Below, one piece after another: positions 1 through 6,189 of a stretch of 10,294 nucleotides of DNA. Source of the stretch: Candidatus Parvarchaeum sp. (GTDB lineage: Archaea; Nanobdellota; Nanobdellia; Parvarchaeales; Parvarchaeaceae); contig JBMFWF010000016.1 in NCBI GenBank assembly GCA_049965555.1, forward strand, positions 1-10,294. Reading direction: 5' to 3'. Position 1 is the first letter of the stretch; each line of letters starts with the position of its first letter. The notes under the pieces were generated by a model. That model was not told the origin of the DNA. It worked only from the letters and a program-made list of their open reading frames with translations, and did no database searches. Position numbers and translations under genes: made by a program.

Positions 1-288
1 GAATTTATTATTGGCGAACGGCTCTATATCAGGAGCTCCCTGATTATTGTTGTTTAATATCACAAATGAATTGCCATCCCATAAAAGCCCTGCCTGATAA
101 CCAAAACCCTGTGAGCTACTAAACAAACCAGTAGGTACTGATGAAGTTAAATTTGTGAAAGCCGAATCATGGTAGTATACCAGCTGTGTAGACCCGCCCA
201 AAGTGGTACCAAATATTAAATAACCTGATCAATTGTACGCCGCTCCTTCAGGGAGTTCTTGGTTAGATGGGCTACAAACTGCAATTAG
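1..288 (-). pseudogene. Disrupted, 5'-truncated fragment of a beta-propeller-like repeat surface protein (runs off the left edge)
   Basis: Manual translation of the minus frame from 288 gives LIAVCSPSNQELPEGAAYN*SGYLIFGTTLGGSTQLVYYHDSAFTNLTSSVPTGLFSSSQGFGYQAGLLWDGNSFVILNNNNQGAPDIEPFANNKF. Motif pairs recur exactly 52 codons apart (YN*SGYLI / WDGNSFVI and HDSAF / ANNKF). There is an in-frame TGA at 229-231, a TAG at 289-291 and no in-frame ATG. The only candidate start after the TGA near the repeat start is TTG at 199-201. Confidence 0.6.
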
Positions 289-328
289 CTAAATTAAGGA
301 AGAGATATACTATACCCAGTAGTTCACA

Positions 329-399
329 TGCGCCAACCGGGATTCGCACCCGGGTCGCTGGCTTGGGAAGCCAGAGTTATGCTGCTAGACTATTGGCGC
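329..399 (-). tRNA. tRNA-Gly (anticodon CCC), intronless, atypical D and T loops
   Basis: Reverse complement folds as GCGCCAA TA GTCT AGCAGCA TAAC T CTGGC TT-CCC-AA GCCAG CGAC CCGGG TGCGAAT CCCGG TTGGCGC A. It has a perfect 7-bp acceptor stem, 5-bp anticodon and T stems, discriminator A73 as in archaeal tRNA-Gly, and no encoded CCA. The anticodon is at 365-367. Confidence 0.93.
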
Positions 400-651
400 T
401 TAGTATGCAGTATTAGATATTATTTGCAACAGAAGTTAAAATATTATGCTTTCTCTGCCTTCAATGAAATGATTCTTTTGAAAAGCCACTTCAAACCCGC
501 TTTTATTTGGATATTAAAAACGAAAAAACTAATTTTGACTGCTATCAATAAAACAATAAACGTTATTACAAGCAGATTTGCAAACCCATTAATTTTTTCC
601 TTTAAATGCATATTAATCTATGATATATTGCAATTAAAAAGCTTAAAATCC

Positions 652-666
652 TTAAACTTTTATATA
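652..666 (+). promoter_or_regulatory. Putative archaeal TATA box (TTTTATATA) with an upstream A-rich BRE-like element for the 688 gene
   Basis: TTTTATATA at 658-666 ends 21 nt before the ATG at 688, a spacing typical of leaderless archaeal transcripts. No Shine-Dalgarno sequence is present. Confidence 0.6.
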
Positions 667-687
667 CATGTATAATAATTAATTAAT

Positions 688-1206
688 ATGGCACTTTTCA
701 AGAAGAAAAAAGAGGAACCTGTAAATCCTTACTATCAAGAAAGCAACCTTAGGCCAGTTGCTCCTGAAAATCCTGCTCCAGAGGTTAACCAACAGAATAC
801 GGCTCCACAGCCCGCTGCTCAGAATACAGCAGAACAGCCGGCTGCATCAAACCAGCAGCCGCAGAAGCAGAATTATACTATTCCGCTCATACCGGTGCCA
901 AGCGTTAAGATTCCTGATGTTAACCTGCAGCCAGTAAGGTCCGCAGGGATCAGCGTATTAGATGCTTTAAGGCTGGAATCAAACAGCAAATCAATAGCAT
1001 TCATAAAGATGAGCGATTTCAAAAAAGTACTGGACGACATAAAGGAATTGGAGAAGAGGGTAACACAGTCTCAGATAGACTTGGAAAATTATTCCAAGGC
1101 ATTGGACACTCAAAGAGAATACGTAAAGAATTACAATCTTCTTATACAGGACATGAGAAAAATGATGGAAAGAATGTCAACATATCTTTCGAATGTAGAG
1201 GATTAA
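688..1206 (+). CDS. Hypothetical protein with a Pro/Gln/Asn-rich disordered N-terminal half and a C-terminal coiled coil
   Basis: 172-aa ORF with a TATA box upstream. It starts MALFKKKKEE, has a low-complexity P/Q/N/A linker, then IAFIKMSDFKKVLDDIKELEKRV... with a heptad pattern to the C-terminus. The gap to the next gene is 1 nt. Confidence 0.85.
   Translation: MALFKKKKEEPVNPYYQESNLRPVAPENPAPEVNQQNTAPQPAAQNTAEQPAASNQQPQKQNYTIPLIPVPSVKIPDVNLQPVRSAGISVLDALRLESNSKSIAFIKMSDFKKVLDDIKELEKRVTQSQIDLENYSKALDTQREYVKNYNLLIQDMRKMMERMSTYLSNVED
793..846 (+). repeat. Imperfect 27-bp tandem repeat inside the CDS (QNTAPQPAA / QNTAEQPAA)
   Basis: CAGAATACGGCTCCACAGCCCGCTGCT (793-819) is followed by CAGAATACAGCAGAACAGCCGGCTGCA (820-846). 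Confidence 0.8.
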
Positions 1207-1207
1207 A

Positions 1208-1543
1208 TTGACAAAAGAAGAAATAGACATCGACCTTTTCAGGAAGCTGGATCTAAAAGTCGGAAAGATACTTGAAGCTGAAGACGTGGAAAAGAGCAGC
1301 AAGCTAATAAAATTAAGAGTTTCTTTGGGAGAGCATGAAAAAACCATTCTTAGCGGCATAAGGAAAGAATACAAAAGCAGCGATCTAATTGGAAAGAAAA
1401 TAATAATTATTGATAATTTAAAGCCAGCCATGATTATGGGTCTGCAATCCCAAGGCATGCTTTTAGCTGCTTCCGATGACGAGGGAAACCTCTCTCTTTT
1501 GACGGTTGACAAGGATATAAAGGAAGGCAGCTCTATATCCTAG
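1208..1543 (+). CDS. Stand-alone tRNA-binding OB-fold protein (Trbp111 / MetRS C-terminal domain / CsaA family)
   Basis: 111 aa with a TTG start. Family signatures include IDIDLFRKLDLKVGKILEAEDV, KLIKLRVSLG, TILSGI and NLKPAMIMGLQSQGMLLAA. Confidence 0.92.
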   Translation: MTKEEIDIDLFRKLDLKVGKILEAEDVEKSSKLIKLRVSLGEHEKTILSGIRKEYKSSDLIGKKIIIIDNLKPAMIMGLQSQGMLLAASDDEGNLSLLTVDKDIKEGSSIS

Positions 1544-3306
1544 GCAAAGCCTTTTTCCCTTATCAATCTAATAGGATCGCTATCTACTGTAATAGTATCA
1601 CTTGGCAGGTATTTCTTGAATATTGGGGTATCATACCTTGAATCCATCAATACTATTGCACACTTATCATTCTTTGACCTTATGCCCCTGCCAGCGGCCT
1701 GCATAACTTTTATCATTGTGGGAAGCACCTGAGCATACTCGAATCCGCTCCCCATTTTCTTGTCATAGTAAATCTGCATCGCCCTCAGCTTTATAGAAGG
1801 AGGTTCGAATGGCACGCCCACTACCCCTATCAGCTTTATCATATTGTTCTTTATCCCTATGCTTTCCGAGAAATTCCCGTTCATTACAGCAAAAAGTACT
1901 GAGCTTGAAAGAGAAAGCTTTTCCATTATCTCATTTTTCCTTTCTCTTTCCATTTTCTGCTCTTCTTTTATTACCCTGCCTTTTTCATTAATCAAAGAGT
2001 ATACCCTCTCCATAAAAGAATAGGAAGGAAAGAAGAATATCATGTTGTACCTGGCTTTTTCCATTATTTCGTTTATTGAATCCGATATCCTTGAGTATTG
2101 CTCCTCTCTTGCAGAGAACTTAGAGGTAACCTCCTTATCGATTATCATAAGCCTGTTGTCGCTTACAGCATCTCCTTTTACCTCTAGGCTTTCGTGCCCT
2201 TCCAAACCTAAAAGGTTGGCGAACATCTCTATTGGCCGGAAAGTGCCGCTCATTAGTATAGTAGAATAAAACGAATCTATAACCCCTTGGGAATAAATTG
2301 CAGGATCCAGTGAATTTACGTTTATTCTCTTCCCCTTTTCATCTATTGAAACGTATATTATGTCTTCTTCCTTTGCAGAAAGAAGTTTCTCTGTAAAGTT
2401 CTTCAGTATAAATGATGCAGGTATATTGTAACCCTTTTCGTGAAATTTCACTATGTCTTCCATCTTGTCCAAGTCTGCTTCGCTGAACACTCCTCTTATA
2501 TCTACTATACTTTCCCTTGTTGCTTTTCTTATCTCTGCTATTATCCTATCTATCTTTACAGCAATGTCGTTATAGCCTGCGATATTCGCTTCGGAATATG
2601 CCTTTTCTAGGTTTCTTTGGGATATTGAGAAGGAATTCATATCCAGTATCTTAGCCGGCAGATTGTGCGCTTCGTCTACTACAAGTACTGTGCTAGCAGG
2701 GTCTATACCTGTTCTTATGGTGAAACCAAGCGCTATGCTCGGGTCAAATGCGTGCGAATAATTCGCAACTACAACTGTTGATTGCTTTGCATTAAGAAGA
2801 GAAAGCTCGTAGGGACAAAGCTCGAATTCCTCCGCAGCTTCCATAACGCTTTTTGGATCGGAGATGTTTCCCGAGAGCGCTTCTATAACCTTTGGTTTTA
2901 CATCCTTGTTTTTTGTAAACGTATTGCTGTAAAAATCGCACATGTTCTGCTCCCTTACGGCCCTGCAGAACTCTATGAATAAGGAGGGCTCAACGCTGTT
3001 TTCAAAAAGACACATGGATCTTTTCCCGTTTATGCCGGCAAAGCTTGTCTTTTCAGGCGAAGAATCGTTTATCCTCTTCATCGTGTCATAAACTATATTC
3101 TGATGGGTATGCTTTGCAGTTAGGAACAAAACCTTCAGGTTGTTTTCCTTTGCCGCCTTTACTGCGGCATATAAAACTGCTGCTGTCTTTCCCATGCCGG
3201 TTGAAGCCTGTATTATGATTTTGCCCCTCTCTCTTACAGTCTTTTCAACTGCATCCGCTATGTCTCTCTGTCCGCTTCTCATCGATTTGAAAGGAAATTG
3301 AATCAT
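1540..3306 (-). CDS. xpd: XPD/Rad3/DinG-family 5'-3' DNA helicase with a 4Fe-4S domain
   Basis: 588 aa. Q-motif region FPFKSMRSGQ, Walker A ASTGMGKT, four Fe-S cysteines (C99, C114, C123, C164 in CPYE), motif II DEAH, motif III SGT and motif VI QAAGRGIR..D...LMDSRY. Confidence 0.93.
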   Translation of the reverse strand: MIQFPFKSMRSGQRDIADAVEKTVRERGKIIIQASTGMGKTAAVLYAAVKAAKENNLKVLFLTAKHTHQNIVYDTMKRINDSSPEKTSFAGINGKRSMCLFENSVEPSLFIEFCRAVREQNMCDFYSNTFTKNKDVKPKVIEALSGNISDPKSVMEAAEEFELCPYELSLLNAKQSTVVVANYSHAFDPSIALGFTIRTGIDPASTVLVVDEAHNLPAKILDMNSFSISQRNLEKAYSEANIAGYNDIAVKIDRIIAEIRKATRESIVDIRGVFSEADLDKMEDIVKFHEKGYNIPASFILKNFTEKLLSAKEEDIIYVSIDEKGKRINVNSLDPAIYSQGVIDSFYSTILMSGTFRPIEMFANLLGLEGHESLEVKGDAVSDNRLMIIDKEVTSKFSAREEQYSRISDSINEIMEKARYNMIFFFPSYSFMERVYSLINEKGRVIKEEQKMERERKNEIMEKLSLSSSVLFAVMNGNFSESIGIKNNMIKLIGVVGVPFEPPSIKLRAMQIYYDKKMGSGFEYAQVLPTMIKVMQAAGRGIRSKNDKCAIVLMDSRYDTPIFKKYLPSDTITVDSDPIRLIREKGFA

Positions 3307-3361
3307 ACTCTTTACTCTAATTCGCTACTAAAATACATTGACATTTCATAAAACGCTCTTT

Positions 3362-4240
3362 TCAGACTGTTTTATTTGGCAGATTATTTCTGGTTATATA
3401 CGAATTGAAGCTGCCGATTTTGGACAACGACTCATTGTAGCTTATAAATGATGACGAGTTTAGACTCGTACCGTTTAGCTTGATTGAAACATAAATGCCG
3501 GCAGCCAAACTGGTCAGAACAGGTATATTGTATTTTGTGTACACACAGCTTGTCAGTAAACCGCTTAATTTTTCTTTACTGATTTTGCCGGCTATCAATG
3601 GGTTGCTGCTGCCGTTTAAAGCTACTGAGAAAGAAGAGAGGGTGAAAAGACAGGGATAACCATTGTAAGTAGTGTTGTATGCCTCCAAAAGGGAAACGCT
3701 GCTTGCATTTAGTGCATTTAAAAGTGTAGAGCTTAGATTTTCCATGCTTTCATTTAATGGAATGCATGAAACTTTCCCGGCCGTTGCAGATGAACCTAAG
3801 CACATGTACGTTTCATTTCCAATAGAAAAAACATATGAAAGGGAAGTTGTATTGTAGCTTATGCCGGCTGAAACCGGAGTAGAAGTGGTGAAATTGGAGA
3901 ATGCTTCTGAGTTTCCATTCAAACCGTGAACCAGCTGTATGTAACCCTTTGAATTTTCAGTGCTGTTAGAACCAGTGCCGTTTGACAATGAAGCAGAGGT
4001 TGAAAGACTGTAATTTACATTGTAAAACGCTTCTTTTCCGTTTGGTATTGTATTCTGGTATGTCTGAAACCCAAGTATGTCGTTGTAAACTGCGCTTTTC
4101 AGCGATGAATTTGCAACACTGTATGCCTGTACAGGTATGCTGGTGTTTGGAGTGCTGCTTTTTCCAATGCCAAAAAGCAGAAGTACAACTGAAAAAACAA
4201 CAACTGCTGCTGCTATCCCAATGAGATAATACTTTTCCAT
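3362..4240 (-). CDS. Membrane-anchored or secreted Ser/Thr/Asn-rich glycoprotein, possible LolA/LppX-like fold
   Basis: 292 aa with an N-terminal hydrophobic helix (LIGIAAAVVVFSVVLLLFGIG), 17 N-x-S/T sequons by manual count and four Cys (147, 159, 197, 232). The start lies 2 nt after the ATPase stop codon. Confidence 0.85.
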   Translation of the reverse strand: MEKYYLIGIAAAVVVFSVVLLLFGIGKSSTPNTSIPVQAYSVANSSLKSAVYNDILGFQTYQNTIPNGKEAFYNVNYSLSTSASLSNGTGSNSTENSKGYIQLVHGLNGNSEAFSNFTTSTPVSAGISYNTTSLSYVFSIGNETYMCLGSSATAGKVSCIPLNESMENLSSTLLNALNASSVSLLEAYNTTYNGYPCLFTLSSFSVALNGSSNPLIAGKISKEKLSGLLTSCVYTKYNIPVLTSLAAGIYVSIKLNGTSLNSSSFISYNESLSKIGSFNSYITRNNLPNKTV

Positions 4241-4242
4241 TT

Positions 4243-5556
4243 CTATTCTTTATTGGCCTTTTTGCTTATTGACCGGGGAGTTTCTCCGCCATGCCATGTC
4301 AGCCTTGGCCTTATCTGCACGGGGTATATCCTCTCGGAATTGTCATCAAGAATTATGCATGCTCCCGGTAGTCTCGGCAGGTCAACAAGGTACTTACGTA
4401 TGTCTGAACCCATATAAGTCTGCATTACTGTGTTCAACGCATCTATATCCAGCTTTGCAGTTACATGCTGAGATATTATGATATCAGACTGCGTTATTAT
4501 ATCTGTGTCAAGTTTTCCGGGCTGCTGCGTCGCTATTACTAGTCCTATGCCAGGCTGCCTTCCTTCTTTTATTACCCTAGACAATGAAGCTGTTGCCGCT
4601 GTCTTGCTGTTTACCGGCAGGAACTCATGAACTTCGTCTATGAACATCCAAACTATTGGTATCGTCTTTTTCTTCTCTTCTTCCGTTATTTCCGTTGAAT
4701 TGATTTCGTTCAACTCTTCTACCCTCCTCTGCTTCGTCCTTATCTCCAAAATCTTCTGTGACAACAAGCCTATAACCAAAGCCCTTAAACTAAACTCGCC
4801 CAAAGAATGTGCATAAAGGCTTATATCTAAGATGTTTATGCATCCAGGAACAAGCAAGTCCTCTATCTTTGTCCCCTCTTTTTCAAATAAACCCCATCTT
4901 AAAGCCGCTTCAAACCTTTCCTTTACAGCTTCTTTTACAGTATCAGAGGTTGCTATCTGAGAATTTATGTTTTCTATTATATCCTTTAGATCGTAAGGCC
5001 TATTGTCTTCTGCCAAGGCTTCTAATGCTTGGTTTATAAGTATTCCGTACTCATCGTTTATTGAAAACCCAAATATGTCGCACCAGTCGCTTGTCGAAAG
5101 CTCGTTTGCAGAGATTGAAAACGGATAATCGGCCATCTCCACGTTTTCCTCTTTCACCCTGTCAAACGCCCCTTTTGGAACGAAGACGTTTATGTTTTTG
5201 AAAGCAGTCGGCTGGTAACCCCACTCCTTTAAAAGATCCGCTTCCTTGTAATTTGGATTCTTCATTGTCCAGTATATGCCCATAGTATCTATTATCAATG
5301 AAGTTATGCTGTTTGCCGTGTCTTCTTCTAATGAAGCTAAACCTTCAGCTATAACTCCCATTGTATAGCTTTTTCCCGAGCCCCTCTTTCCAGCTATTAA
5401 AACTACATGCGGTCTTAAAGCATCAAGCATTATGTTATTTCCCAAGCTCACAATATTGCCCATCGTTATGTACTGCTTTCCTATCAAGGTCGTTGCTAAA
5501 TCTCCGTAGTCCTTGTGGTCTTTTTCATTTCTTCCTATAACTACGCTATACACCAT
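4243..5556 (-). CDS. HerA/FtsK/VirB4-superfamily P-loop ATPase (DUF87-type)
   Basis: 437 aa. PHVVLIAGKRGSGKS (Walker A, G56-S63), IIDTMG, Walker B WMFIDEVHEF, and the arginine-finger/Gln motif EGRQPGIGLVIATQQP characteristic of the HerA/FtsK clade. No transmembrane segment is visible. Confidence 0.92.
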   Translation of the reverse strand: MVYSVVIGRNEKDHKDYGDLATTLIGKQYITMGNIVSLGNNIMLDALRPHVVLIAGKRGSGKSYTMGVIAEGLASLEEDTANSITSLIIDTMGIYWTMKNPNYKEADLLKEWGYQPTAFKNINVFVPKGAFDRVKEENVEMADYPFSISANELSTSDWCDIFGFSINDEYGILINQALEALAEDNRPYDLKDIIENINSQIATSDTVKEAVKERFEAALRWGLFEKEGTKIEDLLVPGCINILDISLYAHSLGEFSLRALVIGLLSQKILEIRTKQRRVEELNEINSTEITEEEKKKTIPIVWMFIDEVHEFLPVNSKTAATASLSRVIKEGRQPGIGLVIATQQPGKLDTDIITQSDIIISQHVTAKLDIDALNTVMQTYMGSDIRKYLVDLPRLPGACIILDDNSERIYPVQIRPRLTWHGGETPRSISKKANKE

Positions 5557-5754
5557 AACACATACAAAAATTACAGCAATATAAATTTAAAATAGTAGTT
5601 TATCCTCCGCGCTATAGCACGTATTTTTCTTTCCTGATGATTGAAAAGCATAAGCTAATAGTTATATGATTGCTTATACACAAAACCTGTCAAATTAAGC
5701 AGCGGATTGCAAATGCACTTGACTGAAAGATTCTAAAGATAATGGCTATCAAAA

Positions 5755-6141
5755 TTAATTGCCCTTATTTTTCCTCAGCCATTCCTCTTCATCTATCTTA
5801 ACTGATTTGCCCTTGACTTCTTTAACATCATACCTCTTTTCCAATTGCTTTATCTTTGAAAGAAACGCTTCTTCTAAATCAAAATCCAGGTGGTCTGACA
5901 TAGCTAAACAGCCGAATAAGACATCAGCTGTTTCGTTCTTTATCTTCTGAAGGAATTCCTTGTCTTTCTTTGCCTTTTTGTCAAGCTCTTTTCCGCCCTT
6001 CCAAAGAAAAAGCTCCAGCAATTCATTTGCTTCAACTGAGATATCCTCGGCCAAGTCCTTCGAAGTCTGGAATTTTCTCCAATCTCTGTCATCTATGAAA
6101 TTCTTTGCAACTTCTTTAAGTTCCTTTATAGTTTTTTCCAT
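5755..6141 (-). CDS. MazG-like all-alpha NTP pyrophosphohydrolase (DCTPP1/RS21-C6-like dNTP pyrophosphatase)
   Basis: 128 aa. FIDDRDWRKFQTSKDLA...EANELLELFLW and NETADV match the ExxE...ExxD metal-binding pattern and the RDW..F and ELLE.F.W signatures of this subfamily. Confidence 0.88.
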   Translation of the reverse strand: MEKTIKELKEVAKNFIDDRDWRKFQTSKDLAEDISVEANELLELFLWKGGKELDKKAKKDKEFLQKIKNETADVLFGCLAMSDHLDFDLEEAFLSKIKQLEKRYDVKEVKGKSVKIDEEEWLRKNKGN

Positions 6142-6189
6142 GGTATTAATAAAAAACTTATGGATTAATCTTTTTGTCTGTTGCTATAA

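Noticed and set aside
229-231. TGA read as Gly (genetic code 25-like recoding), suggested by YN*S next to an odd tRNA-Gly
   Set aside because: The tRNA anticodon is CCC, not UCA. TGA serves as the apparent stop of the 3362-4240 gene, and none of the long genes contains an in-frame TGA. A single GGA-to-TGA mutation is simpler.
328-675. 115-aa plus-strand ORF
   Set aside because: Its 5' part is the antisense of tRNA-Gly, and the rest crosses AT-rich promoter DNA with an I/K/L/F-biased composition.
400-687. Replication origin in the AT-rich divergent gap
   Set aside because: No ORB-like repeats or G-strings and no adjacent cdc6/orc1. The short ATTTGCAA repeats (422-429, 576-583) could be chance.
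1177-1512. 111-aa minus-strand ORF
   Set aside because: Antisense shadow of the well-supported tRNA-binding protein gene.
1809-5039. Short plus-strand ORFs (1809, 2042, 2782, 3672, 3982, 4269, 4809)
   Set aside because: All lie antisense within xpd, the glycoprotein or the ATPase and carry no recognisable motifs.
5635-5690. Canonical box C/D guide sRNA
   Set aside because: Only box C is exact. The D' (CTAA), C' (TGATTG) and D (CTGT) candidates are all degenerate and the guides are AT-rich. Kept only as a low-interest finding.
4243-6141. Anti-phage defence system (HerA plus MazG, e.g. Sir2-HerA or Nezha-like)
   Set aside because: No Sir2, DUF4297 or nuclease partner is present, the two genes are 198 bp apart with separate TATA-like elements, and the context looks like core chromosome.
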